From Lingula anatina (taxonomy: Eukaryota > Animalia > Brachiopoda), in the NCBI GenBank assembly GCA_051362555.1, contig CM120641.1:36896401-36960400 (forward strand): a stretch of DNA of 64,000 nt. Direction: 5' to 3'. Shown piece by piece: positions 1 to 15,000 of this stretch (positions within the stretch are counted from its first letter, which is position 1; each line of letters opens with the position of its first letter). The position numbers and the translations under genes are program-made. Under the pieces are notes generated by a model that was given only the letters and a program-made list of their open reading frames with translations, had not been told where the DNA came from and searched no databases.

Positions 1-3000
1 GTGTACTCATCTGTCCCTTGTGCTGCCGCTGCTCCCTGCTCTCCTCCAGCCAAACCAGCCACAATGGTGTAGTTTGCATCAACCTCATCTGCTGCCTCTA
101 CCGCCTGCTCGACACCACTTCTCTCCATGCTGGCAAACTCAAATTGCTCTCGCTCGATCCTTTCTTCATGGGAGTAACCACCTGCTCCACCACCAGCTAC
201 TGCTACCACTCCCCCTGTGCTATGTAGCTCATCAAATTCAAAGGCTTGGTTGTTGAAGGAATCATATCCCTAGAAAATCAAGCATTTTTCTCATTAATTA
301 ATAGGAGGTAATTGACAAATAATATTTCTCCAAAAGGATGAAAAAGAGCGCAGAATATCATGGTTACTGCAGCTGAGAAAAGAATATCATGGTTACCGTA
401 CATATCTAACACTAGAGACAGTGATTGAAAAATACTTACATATGCACTGCCTGCTCCATATCCATATCTAGAACAAAGGAAAAGATTCATAAATATTTCA
501 TCATTTGTGTCATATTGTAAAACCTTAAGTATATTTCTCACTGTCACATCATACAAATTCAATTTTACATTTAATAAGTAACTGGGAATCTTCAAAGTAT
601 ATATTATTTGTTTTAAAAAAGTTGTTTACTTTATTCTTTAAAACACTTACCCTGCACCAGTTCCCGCTCCTGCACTTACTGCAGCTGAGAAAAGAAGCAA
701 ATCCAAATAAATGCTTTTTTTTTCTATCTAGTTTATTTAAGTTAAATAAAATAAACTTTCTTAAAAAGCTACTTTTAATTACCCTTATTGTCTCTTTAGT
801 TGCTTTTAGTCCTATTGTTGGTTTGGAATCAAATCCAAAAATTATCAAACATACTTAAAATATTTCCTTTTATTTAACACTCAGTAGATTCTGCAGAACT
901 TGTCCCCTTGTAGGTTGGTTAATTATCTCAAACAAATCCCTTGAAATAGATATAATTGTCTTTGGCATCATCTGGAATTACTTTGAACATAGCCTTGCTT
1001 GAATCTTTGCACACAAATCTTGCAGTCTCAAAGTGTCCATTTCTGAATACAGACCCAGTGGCAAGGGGTTCGGGATGAAAAAAAAAAAAAAAAAACACCC
1101 TTTTGGCCATAAAGACCTGGTCCGGATCAAAATTTGATCTATGTTTTATGCAATTTCTCAAGTTGGGTCAACTAATGGGGGTAAAATGTCCAATTTTTTT
1201 AGACTCCCTGAGTCCCATGAGGTTTTCCGGCTATAGGCCAGGTATATCATATTGTCTAAATTCCTTTGATAAAAATGTCAATTTTCTTTTCAGAGGGAAG
1301 AAAAGCTCCAGCAACACAAGTCTACTCACCTAACTTTTCTTTTCCAGCACCTGCACCAACAGGGGCACAGCACCTTTAATAGATACAAGTAGATCTTGTT
1401 AACACTACTCTTTTATATCTATCCATATTTAAACAAGGTCAAGCTCAACTCTGACAGATCGACACATTTACAGTTAATATGACAGACTTGAGATACTATA
1501 AACATTGTATAAGATATTGAAAGCAATACTCAATCAAGAGGGTGAATACCACATAACAACCTTAGACATACAAACTTATTAATATGGCATGTTACTTACC
1601 CTCCACAGCACTTAGCACAGCATGGTAAACAACAACATAACAACAACAGTAGCAGTAATAACAATGCCAGAAGAGCTGCAATGGCTCCAGCAAGGGCACC
1701 CCAATCTACTCCTCCACCAGTCGAAGCTGCAGCTACACCAGGCTGAAAGAAACAATAGTCATATCGTAACATTTTCAATTCATGCTACTGGAAAAGAAAT
1801 GTCAGTTACAATGTTAAGTTACTGATAAAATGTTAAGCACAGACTGTCAATAAGTTACACCAGTGACAACTCAAAATCAGCAGAAAAGGCCTTGTGATAA
1901 GGTGTTCTTTACGTACCTGTGCATCTGCCACATGTAATAAAGCAAACGCTCCTTTTTCATCTCCTGTCAGCTTCCCTTTAAGTGTAGCTGCGACAGCTTT
2001 CCCATCCATCAGGAAGTTGGTCTTGTTGTCAACCACATAGATGACAACATCGGTCCTGAAGTAGGAAATAAGAACAATCAGCCAATTTATGTTCAAATCA
2101 AAACTAACATACTGACTGCAATTTTGCTGTGTAACCAATGAATGTGAAAAATCAGGACTAATATAATGGGCTGCAACCAAATATAGCACTGAACAATTAT
2201 GTCATTTGGTCTCTATGATGATTTTCTTAAAAAATACTTACCATTTTTCATTGACATAATCACCAACTTGGTGGAATCTGATTTCAGATTCATCAATGAA
2301 TACTGTCTTTGCTCCCACAATTGAAGTTATCAGTCTGAAAAAAAAAGCATTGCTCATATTAATACAATGCAGTAGACACCAACAATCCCTTTTAACAGAA
2401 AAGTGAAAGATATTGCAAAATAATGTAGTTTATTACAATTAAAGCAAAAAATAGTATAAAACCATGTGCATACTGTATGATTTTTTCCTTGTATCTTCGA
2501 ACCCAATATGGTGGTTGTTTTATGAGCAGGACAATCTCATTTGTTTCATCTGCCACCCAGACCTAAATAAAATTTGGAAATATTTTTGTAAATAGGAATA
2601 TTAATTACCAATCATGCATTTATGAAGTTATTGCATTTAATAAAAGATAAATATTTGGCAAATTTTGTAAATCCTCATGAGTTAGAAATTAAAACATATA
2701 TGCTGTTGATATTTCAGTTGCATTAATAATATACTTTAATATTAAAAATTGTCATATTACACCCAATAAAATATAATATAATATACAAAAAATATACAAA
2801 AATGAGAGTAAACGTTTCCAACCTTTAGATTAGACTTCATAGACCTTGGTATTTCTCCAGAGTCTGATGCATCAATGACCATATCAAATCGAACATCTTT
2901 GTAATTATCCATAAGAGATATGGTATACACAGTAGCATTCAACAAACCAATGGTCATTGCATTATCAACTGTGTATATTATATTAGTATCTTCCTTTGAC

Positions 3001-6000
3001 ACAATAGTCTGATCAATACGGAAGGTGACATTGCCATTAGAGCCACCATCTTTGTCCGTTGCGGATATTTCATCTGTGACCAAGTACCAGAATGGTGCCC
3101 TTAATGGGACAACTGCAAAAAATAAATAAATAAATAAATAAAAATATATAAATATATACATAAATAACAAGAAATTTCTCAATAAAAATATTAAAGATTT
3201 TGATTTAAAATTATAAAAATTATGAAGCAGGAGAACAGAAGTGTGATCAGTATCTCAATGGTTTATGAAATCATCTTCAAAAATTAAATATTTAACCACA
3301 ACAAATTAGTTTAACCAGGAAAACATTGTTTTAATCGAGTTGTACTAATTGCCAAAAAATCATTTCAGACACCAATAACAGTGATGATAATATAGATGTT
3401 GATGACAATAAAGCAAGATATAAATAATGTTAACATAAAACTTACAGAGAAAAATAAAACATCATACTTACAGGCATAATACTCATTAAGTGTAAATATT
3501 GGTCCATTGTCATTAGTATCAGTAACAATAATGGTGACCATGACATATGTTGGGTTAGGGTAAGGCTCTTCATTAACATTAATGACATTATCATCATTGA
3601 GATTATTTGTCACTCTGACTGTTAGGACAAACTTGCTGATGGTTTCTCTGTCTAACGCCTTATTAGTGACGATTCTTCCTGTTCTATTATCTATCTTGAA
3701 AGAGTTGTTGAAATTGCCACCTGGAGAGTGATCAAAATTAATCAGTAGACTTACAATATTCAGCAGAATTGACTTATCTGAAGCTGAGGTGAGTCCCACC
3801 ACATACAACATACATTTTTCTCTGTTCATTTGCTCCAACTAAACATTTCTCTTTACCTGTTGTAATATCCACATTAAAGCAAATACATATTTTAAACTGT
3901 CAAATCTAAAAAGCAAGAATAATACAAACCCCATAAATGGGTAATTTAAAATTGTCTTAGCAGAAAAAAATATGTCACAGAATTAATACAGTGGCTAAAA
4001 ATATTTTTGTTTGAAGAAAAGAAAGGTAACCTACCGTCAATGTAGTAATAAATGTCTGCATATCTTCCTGTATCCTTATCTGTAGCATTGACTTGACCAA
4101 CAAAGTAATCCTTCACTCCTTCAGGAACAAAGAATGTCACTGGTATTGTACTTCCATTCTGGTAAAAAAAAAAGTTAAATCACTACATTTATATTCACAC
4201 ATAACACTATTTCTCATCATATAATTGTTTTTTAAAAAGTTCACTCATTAAAATCTAACAAAATGGTTATCCAAAATCACTTTCACTTACATATGAAGAT
4301 GGTTTATTTTTTATCTCCATTTATGTTAGAAAAAATAATTATTTACACCTCAAAGTGGTCTTAAATGTTTTGGTTAAGGAAATATACCTGCCAAATTGAA
4401 ATATTTGAACATGGCATACTAAAGATGTCATAGCCCTTCAGTCATAAAAAGTTGTCTGTTGGCAGTTAAAGCTGCCCTGATAGGCTTTAGTATGCTAGTG
4501 TAAAATCTAAAGTAGGCAGACAACTTATTTTTTTTAAACTAACAACTGAGAACTCCTAAATATGTGTATGAATACCAGTGAAACCAATCATTTCATTTTC
4601 TCTCAACACTTACTTGGAATGTTGGGAATGACGGTGGGTTATCATTGACATCTAGCACTTTCACAGTCAAGTACCTGTTGGACTGCAGTGGAGGCTGACC
4701 ATTGTCACGGGCAACTAACAGCAGCTGAAAAGACAATAATATAATAATATAAGACGCATTCATTCCCTTAAATCATCACTGTATCTTTGAACTAGGCTGT
4801 TATAAAAATAACAATTTTCTACAGTTTTAACAAGACATTAAGTTTCTTAATTGGTAGCATGTAAAAAAAACATATGCCTACTGAATAAGTTTTATGAATT
4901 ATTTTGCATGAATATATATTACACATATCTGTCCTACTAAATTACCAAGAGCATAAAAATTTCTTTAAAACACCTACTGTGTATGTATCTTTTTCCTCCC
5001 TATCAAATATCACCTTGGCTGAAATGACACCAGTGATAGGGTTAATGGTGAATTCTGGAGTTTCCTTTACAAATCTATTGTCATAGAAACCATATGTGAT
5101 TTTCCCACTGGGGCCATCATCATCATCCACAGCATATGGCTTGTCAGTGACCACCAAGCCTACATACTGGTTCTAGAAAAAAAAAGAAAAAAAATAAAGT
5201 GAACAGGAAATTACTAATAACACTGCCACAACAACTTTTATAACTGTATTTTGGTTTGTTTGATAATTATCATATATGATCCAGTACCAAGCTAACGAAC
5301 ATTTCTGCTCAACTTTTATAATTGTAATTTAAAGACATCACACTATACCATTAAAAATAACCGTAAAAGATTAGGGAATTTCTAAATAAACAATTATCAA
5401 AATGGGGCACTTGTTGATATCCGAAATGGGTAACAGGATATCAAAGCAGTCAGCTTGTTCCACTGATATTCAAATGATTAACAATTGGTGGAAGATGGTC
5501 ATTTTATCTAATGCATCTATTTATTTTTTTCACACAAGGCTAAAATCACTTGTCCAACTATTTATATGAATCACTGATATCCATGAACTTATGAACACTT
5601 TACAATAAAAAAGTCCTTCATCATTTTTACTTACCTCAAGCACCTCAATAGTCTGATTATTACCCGCTGGCCAGATCCAACGAGGAGCTCGCTGATTGGT
5701 TGCTAATACCGTTATCACCACTCTTGTTAGGGAGACACGTCTCTCAGGTACGCCATGATCTGTAGCTTCTACAGTAAATCTGTATGTTCCTGAGTGACCC
5801 ACTAACGACTTGTTGGTGGAAAGGCTTCCTGTTGTCTCATTCAATGCGAACAGTTCTGAGACAAAATGAAAAAGATATGACAAAATAATAAGCATTTGTA
5901 AGAATAAAAAGCATGATGTAACATTGCAATTTTTCATTGTTGTTTGTCTAAAGGCAACTATGAATATCATTTGTCAATTGCACCAAAGTCTTATCCATTT

Positions 6001-9000
6001 AAATAAGTCAATAATGCTAATAATTGCAAACTTGAGCTCAGTACATGTTTATGTATCCGGGGCATGAAATTAAAATTACCATTTGGTGCATCATTTCCAA
6101 AATTGTAAGTCACTCTAGCATTTTCTCCCAAGTCCTTATCATTTGCAGAGATTTGAAAGATAAATGCATTGACTGGAACTGTCTCAATAATGGTGGTAAC
6201 AAAGTTGTCCTCGGTGAAGATGGGATCATTGTCATTGACGTCTGTCAGTTGAATGTACACCTAGGAGCAGATTCAATATCACTTAAGTAACTTAAGTACA
6301 GTGTATAGTGTGACATGCAATTTTTGAAATTCCTCTTGTAAACATAAAAGGTCACCATCAAAGATTATATTATGAACAAAAGATATGTGAATGAGAACAA
6401 GAGAATGACATCTCACTCAATCTTATAAAAAGTTAAAATACGAAAAATGGCAGAGAAGAGACAAATTAATTTTTTTTACATTATCTTGCTTTAAATAATC
6501 AACAAACAACTACCTTTCTTTTCTTTCATAAAACAGGAACAATCTAGCTCTATTTAATGTACTTACCGGTGCAGAGGTTGATCTTCTGACATTAGCATTT
6601 CTGGGGTCCGGGCTGTCTGTAGCCTGTGCAATAACAACAATAAGGCCATTCTGTGTGTTTTCTTTATCCTCACGATCCAACACTGCACCACGACGGACAC
6701 GTACTATCCCCTTGAAAATAAAAAAAATTCAAATAGCATGTTAGGATTAATCTGTGGAGCCTTACAACCACTTTTATTTCTACACTTTAAAGCATTGCAG
6801 TACAATAATTTTAAAATGTTACACAAATAATATCAGAGACTAACATTCACTTTTCCATGGCAAAAATAAAGCTTTAAAGGCAGACTAAATAACTGTGCAA
6901 TCGTTATTTTCATGTCTCAAATACTTTGAAGAGGTGTATGAACATAGCAATTAAAATTATGATCTATATGATTAAAATGACTGGGAGGGGGGGAGGCATA
7001 TACCTAACATATATCTTAACTATTTTACATGTACTGATTTGAAGATTTTAAAAGCTACTCTTACCGACACAGGATCTACAATAAATCTGTTTTGTGGTTC
7101 GTTGATGCTGTATCTGATCTGACCAAAGTCTCCAAGATCAGCATCATCAGCTGACAAGGTCAGAACTGGAGTGTCTCCTGGGGAATTCTCAGTCAGATTG
7201 GCTACATAGCTTTCCTTTAAAATAATTTTTTAAATATATACACAGAAAAAAAGAAGTTTATCTGGGGAACGACTAATTTAGGATACACCAGTGAAAAATA
7301 AACAATTTCATGATAAGTAATGATAACTGTGGCACAAGTAACCAGATTGGCATAGTTCTAAATAAACTAAAAATAAAATTATAAGACTTGAAGAAATAAG
7401 ACATTTTCAATGACCGTCCTTACACATACTAAAATGTACATGTGTTTTTAGGGTAAATTTAAAGCATGATGTTTTGTAAGTATGAAAAGGCAAACAAAGG
7501 AAACACTAAGATTTTCAAGTAACAGAAAGCAGCTCAATTACCTTATTAAAGATAGGTTTGTTGTCATTAATGTTGACAACTTTTACATGGACTGTAGCAG
7601 TGCTATTCAACTGCGGTTCTCCGTTATCAAAAGCCTGTACAGCAAACCTGGTTTGTTGTATGCTCTCATAGTCTAACCTTGTGGTCAATGTTACTTCACC
7701 TGAAAAAATATGAAATCAAATAATCATCTAAAATATGAGAACAAAATAGTAAACATTAGAAAGTGCCTTTCAGTTTATTTCACATCTGTAAATGAAAAAA
7801 ACCTCATGTAATGTAATTTTAGAAATCAAACTCTATCATAAAATGATATAATATCCACCACCAAATTCAACTCAAATTAAGTCCACAAGACACTGGTCAA
7901 GCAGAAAACATGTTTACCAGAGAGAGCATCCACAGCGAACAGTTGGTCAGGATCCTCTACCAGTTTATACTCTGAGATCTGTCCATCAGGATCTGTAGCC
8001 TGCAGTGTCATCACATAACTGTCCGTCTCTTCCCTGACGTTGATGTTGTACACTGGGTTAGTTGAGGTCCAAGGTGCCACGAACACTGGAGGTTTATCAT
8101 TGACATCTAACAGCTCAATCCTTAGAATCCCTTGAAATCAAATATTGAGATCAATAACAGGATTTTTGGTACAAAGCTAATGGTATTTAAGTTAAAGAAA
8201 AAAATCTTCATTTTAATACATGCTTTTCTCTATATACTCATATAATTAAAATATATTTTTCTAAGAAGAGCAACGGGAAAATATGAATTCTGATGTGTTA
8301 AATAGATAAACATCATAATATTAACTTCAATGAAGATAAAGCAAAATAATACAGATTATGTCATTTGCAGTTTTGACAGATCTTCAGTTCAAGTAATGCA
8401 TGGTTTTACCTTGGCCAATCTGTGGAGTACTTGCTGAAATATCTCTTGCTTGTACAGTAAACACAAAGTCCTTTACTTCATCGCGATTCAGTGGTCTAGC
8501 CACACGAACAACACCATCTCTAGGATCTATACTAAACAAATTCTGCAAAAAGAAATAAAGCTCATGCTGTAGAAAATGGTCAAGATACTGGCAATTCTTA
8601 CTGATCAGCAATAATACTTAATGTAAGTATCAATATCAGATATGTGATCAATTAACCAGTGAAAATCAAATTAGCTGTCTGACAAGAAAAGTATAGTTAA
8701 ACCTGCATGTTTGTGTGTAAATAAAAGTCTGAATTTTTGAAAGGGTAGGTCATCCTGTGCTAAAGTACTTGTGAAGAACTCAAGCTTACTGTAAAGTCAT
8801 AGACATTGGGATCTACATCCTGTCCTTGGACATTGGAAGCAGTGATTGGTTGTACAAAGGAATATTGAAGATTAGCATTCAAATCAGGGTCTTCTGCTGT
8901 CATTTGTATCACTGTTTCTCCCACTGGCTTATCTTAAAAAGCAAAAGAAACATTGGTGTTTATTTATTTTCTATATTTTTACTGAAGCCTAATTCTCTGT

Positions 9001-12000
9001 TCCCTCTATTAAAAATATCTCTATTTATAATGTGAGCCATTATGAAGCCATTTCTAAATTTTGCCACATTTGATCATTTTATGTTTAAATAAATGTTTAA
9101 ATGTGAAATGAAAATAATCATAACTTACTCTCAAATATGGAGATGGCCTTAGACTGTGGTCTAAACCTTGGATTTTTGTTGTTCTTGTCCAAAATGTCAA
9201 TAATTACAAAAGCGGTAGAACTTTGTTTTGGATTGCCATCATCTGAAGCAGTGATCTGGAATACAAAAGAAAAATATAAACATGTGAAAAAAAATGCATA
9301 GATCTAACTAAGTGATATGCATTGCAAATAATACAAAAGTCAGGCACACTTTTCTACATGTATCAATACAAATATAGCTATAAATATAATTAAAAAATGA
9401 CAACAATACTGCCAATCCCGAGCTATTTGTTTCACATCACATTTGATCAACAATCACTTTGAGAAAGGAAGTAACATGTCAAATATGAATTTCTGTTTGA
9501 GAGACATTTTATGTTCTATGCTTGCCTACTTATTTAGTTGATTTACTCAGTTTTAAGGTAGAGAGTCATCCATGTAAACTCACTGTCAGGTTATATTGCT
9601 TTGTCCTGTCATAATCAAATCTTGCCCTTGATGCCACTAGTATGGTGCCATTACTGGGATCAACATTAAACTTGTCTGAAGGCCCAGCGGTCATCTCAAA
9701 TGTTATTTCAGCATTCCGGCCACCATCTTGATCTATGGCCAGGACTTGGAGAACAGCAGTTCCTAGAAATGTTTCATATGTGCATTAAGAAATAATCCAG
9801 TGAAAAACAGTAAATGTTATTGAATAGAATCAATAATACTAATGTTATGGACTAGAATAACTAAAAATGCAATAAATTGTTAATTTACAACATCACTAAA
9901 TCTTTACACTAAACCAACAGAAAGCTTGAACAAGTAAAATTCTAGAAAAATAATATGACTGTTAAATTAAAAAAAAAAAAAGCTCTTGCAAATGTAATAT
10001 ACCTGGTGGTGTAGTCTCATCAATTGAAGTTCTATATCTACTGTCTGGTCTAAACTCTGGGGCATGGTTGTTGATGTCCTGTAGAATAAAGAATTCATAA
10101 ATATATTGCACTGTGTACACTGTGTATTACTATTACAGTAAGTATACTGGAAATTTGATAACAGGCATTTATATATGTGGCAAGTTTGCAATATTTTGAA
10201 AACTAGTATTAATACTTTCGTTGTTGTTAAAATATTTGTTAAAAGGGTGAACTTAATTGCGGGTAGTACAGTATTAGTAGGCTGTATTGTTCCTTTTCCA
10301 ATCCCTTTGGTCCTACTTACTAGAACTGTGATTTCCACATTTGCAGAACTGATAAAAGGTCCATTTTTAGCCTGCACGACAAAGCTGTATCTAAGTAAAG
10401 GAAAGAACAATACAATGTCACTGTCAGTCAAATTGTTATTATTCTTTATAGTCAACATGTGAAAAAGGCTACTGATCAAAGCTGCAGCTGCTCTATTCTT
10501 CTGATACATGACATAAGAAGCAAGTATGAGAATGACCAATCCAAAACAAATCTTATTTTGTTATCTGACAGAGTTTCAGGTGAAGAATGAGCTCAAGAAA
10601 GCCAATATTTAATTGTGACCCAAGTCTTACTTTGTTCCTTCATCTCCACTTCTGGGGTCATATACCATGGGCCTTGTGCCTGTTATGTTACCAGTAACTC
10701 TGTCAATGGTGAATGGCAGTAAGTTGTCTGGGTTGACTAGACTGTACTCTACATGGTTGTTGCCATTCAATGAACTGTCTCTGTCTCCTGCCTGTGGCAA
10801 TGAAAACAAAATCATGTTTCGACCATTTTTAGACAAAAGTGGCATATCTCAAATTCGGGTTTTAAACTCAGATGAAACTGATCCATTTATCAAAGTTTAC
10901 TGATTAACTACAACTTCATGTACTAAGCTATCATAAATGTCAAGATTATATGATCTGCTCTTTTCAAAAATGATCTGACAATCCAAAAAATTCAAAATTA
11001 TCATTTTAATCTCAAAAATATTAGATTTGCATCTATTGACTATACCTGAATAACCAATGGAGGATCAGGATTCCTCTTTCCTTCTTCAATACTTGTCTTC
11101 CATTTCTGTTGTGTAAAAACGGGAGGGTTGTCATTTTCATCTAAGACAGTGACACGCAGACGTGAATTATCTGTGCGTGCGGTTGGTCCAATTCCCAGTT
11201 CGTCTGAAGCTTGAATCACAAGGTCATAGCTCTTTTCCCTGATAGACTCATGGTCAATGCATGGGGCAACTCCTATCTTACCAGCACAGGGTGCTACCCG
11301 AATCAAGCCAGTAGAATTTTCTATGTAGAACCTAAAGTTGTAAAATTATTTAACATATCTATAATGGTTTCTTATCACTGATTTGTCAATTAAAAAATAA
11401 ATTATAAATGCCCATACATTTTTTTAGAATTTCTTTTTAATACCTAATTAAAATTTTTAATATTTTAACTACAAGTGAGTCAGAATAAAGATGTGTTTGG
11501 GAAAACAAACAATCAAATGGTTCTTGGTATTTTTCTTACAAGAACAGAGATTTTTAGTGATATAATACCTTTCACTGCCTACACCTTCTAGAGAATACCT
11601 CAGTCCTTGCTGACCAAATATACCACTGTCAATATCCCTAGCCTAAAATATATAAAATCAAAAATATAACTCCATAACTTAATGATAGGATTTACAAGGA
11701 AAACAATCAGAAAAAACAGTTCTTTGCCAAAGATAGATCACCTCACTAATATTTAAACTAAATAATTTAAATGTATACAGCAGCATAATTAAAATATTAC
11801 CAGAAACACAAAGGAAAGCAAAACATACTGTGACATCAATGACAATGTCATTAGGTGCAGCCAGCTCGGACAGCTCAGCAGTATAAGAGGTTCTGTCAAA
11901 CACTGGGTCATTGTCATTGACATCTCTGACTGTCACATGTACTGTGGCAGTGGATGACTGTCTGGTCGTTGTATACAGCTCAGCAGCTAGTACCTAGAAA

Positions 12001-15000
12001 GACAAAACAAAAACATAACTCTTCCAGTCCCATTTCAACTTGACAGAACAGTGAAAAATCAATTATGAGGAGTATAAAATCAAAACAGATATATATATTT
12101 AGAACAGATATAATACATGTATGAATTTTAATGGATACCAATTTCAAGTCAAATGACTACACACATAATGTGTGTAACTCTGGAACACAGCATGCAGACC
12201 TTGATTTTTTTAATATGAAGGTGGATCCCCATTCCAACAAAAATGATTAAGTATGTAACATGCAAAAGTATGGTTTGGAATTACACAAAGAAAAAGTACA
12301 TTAAATGTCCTGTTCAATGCAAATATATTTTCTTAAATTAACAAAGTATATCAAATGCACATCAAATCTTTAATACCTCTTGATATGTATCTAAATTTAA
12401 ACAGATTTTAAAAAAGTGTTTGCTGTGGTCAGTGTGCATGTAAGTGCATGAATGCATTTGTGCACATATGTCAATAAAGGACCATTCCACAGTATTTTTC
12501 CCACCTGTTTCATCTTAAACCCGCCTTTCTGTCACTTTTGTTCTTACCACTTTTATTTCAGGATATTGTAAATATTACATACATTAACACCTTCTTTATT
12601 TTTAAGTGCATCAAGAGATGTAAAAAAAATAGCACAGGAAAGGATGTTGCAGGAGTGGAAATATAGTGGACTGAGCCTAAATGCATGAAATAATGTTAAA
12701 AGAGAGACAACAGTACTAAATAACTTACCTGAACAACTTCATTGTCATACACAACAACCTTGAAAAAATATAGGGGAAGAAAAAGGGAGGTGAGGAAGGG
12801 AAAAAGCAGTGCAATGATACTGTATATATATGAGGTAAGTGAACAAAATAAAGGAGTACTTTTAAGGGCAAAATGTAAATTAAATAAATCAAATTGCAAA
12901 CAACAAATTGCAAGCAGAAAGACACTTACTAATCTGTTTATCCAAAAGTCACTCAGTTATCAATTTTACTCAGAATGCACACTACTTTTACTGTTATCAC
13001 ATAATTTTATTATTTATCTATGAAACAATTCAAATTTCATGGGAAGTGAAAAAAAAATTAATGTGAAGAACTGTTGTATTATAATTTTCACACCATCACA
13101 CTAAAATTGCAAACTGAATGGAAAAATACTATTTTAGAATACAGATATTCATCCAACTCAAGTTACTAAAACTAAGTATCAATATTTAGGGTAGTGTATT
13201 TTTCACTGCAGGCATTCAAAACAATGGAGTGCTATAAAACTTAGCCTTTGAAGAAACAAATTCTCTTACCCTGAGTGTATAATCTTTGATTCCACGATCA
13301 TAATCAATAAGGTCAGTATTCTTGATCCGTAGAAAGCTCCCAACTTGTCCACTCTGTCCCTCGGCAATGTTTGGATCAATACTGAAGGTGTCCGTATGGT
13401 CCAACAATGTCACTTTGAAGTGGGCATTGCTGCCCTGTAATTAAGACAATGGATAAGGCATTTTGAAAAGCGCTAATCTGGGAATATTAGAAATAGTCTT
13501 CATGAAAAATTGGTATTTTTTTTTATTTTTTTATTAATATTATTATTTTTTGGTAGAAAAAAAGCACTTATATGCTTTCAGAATTTCTGTCAAATTTTCC
13601 AACAAAAGTTTTATATAAGTCACATTTTGCTTGTTTTTCATCTCATAAAATGTTCTAAATCCATTTCTGGTGATAAAGTAAAAAAAAGTCACTTTTCAAA
13701 TTTGAAGAAATAAATTATTTTTAACATATAAGCTCAGCTAACAGCACTTTTACGTTAGAACTTTACCTGATCAACATCGTTAACAGACATCACAAGGCCA
13801 GGGAGTGGGGAGTCATTAGGAATGTTCTCATCAATGTACACTGGATAATTGGCTTGAGAGAAAGTTGGTGCATTGTCATTGAGATCATTCACAGTAATGG
13901 TAATTTGGGTTGTAGCCGTGGTGAGAGGGTCATTTCCAAGGGTTCCATTTTCATACATCTCCTGGGCCTGAAATTATAAAAAAAAATGTTTCATTTATTT
14001 AATTTGCACATTTTAAAACAGAAAAGAAAATATATTACATTAAGAACCAATATTTCTATTCATATATTGCACACATCAAGATTCGCAGAGAGAAAAAAAT
14101 CACCTTTGTTCATTTATTGGTAACACCAAATACCTTATATTTTCATTTATTAAGTTACACTGATGGTTTTGTAAATAATTTATTCACACACCACAATGTT
14201 CCCCAGATTACCTTGACAATTATAGTTAAAGTACCATCCTGAAAGGAAGGATCTCTGTCTCTGTCAAACACTGTCTTGGTCCTTATTTCACCAGAAACTG
14301 GGTCAATTCTCAGATAATAAGTTGAATCTGAAAAAGCACCAATAAATGATTTGTTAGATTACTTGACAAGTAAATAGTTAAACAGATTATAGAATTGCAG
14401 ATAATGACTTTATTCCATTTGGTCTGTAATTATAAGAGTCATATAAAAAACAAAGAAAAAATGTGATGTTTGCTTGGTTATGACATAATCACATGCAAGA
14501 TATTTTTCATATCCAAACAGGTGCCCTTACTTCTGTCAGATAATTCTGGTACTATGGAATATCTTATCTCTCTTGGAATTCCACGATCTCCATCCTCAGC
14601 AAATACAGTTTTGATCAGATAGTTCTGAAAGAATAAACAGAGAGGCAATGTATACTGATGTGTAAAATTGGAATTACAATTCAAATGCACAGAAAAAGTT
14701 GAAATACAACTATCAGAAAAACTCCTTCAATTGCTCAAAATAAATCAGCCTTTGAGCAAGATTTGAATGCCCCATTGCCAAAGTATTCAATATAGTTTGT
14801 GCTTGCTATCACATCAAGTGACCTCCATAGATGGCTACTATATGTAATAAACTCTTGAGAAAATATCACAAAAAAAACTTTTTAAAAAATCCATTTTTGG
14901 CCACAATGAGCAGTTGTTATCACTTTAATACTAAAGAAAAGAAAGGAAAATTACCACTGGCTGTTCCTCATCCATGGCAGCAGTGGAGGTCCCAGTAAAT

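Noticed and set aside
1055-1242. GC-richer insert starting CAGTGGC in a cadherin intron
   Set aside because: Probably a decayed MITE, but TIRs and TSD could not be defined.
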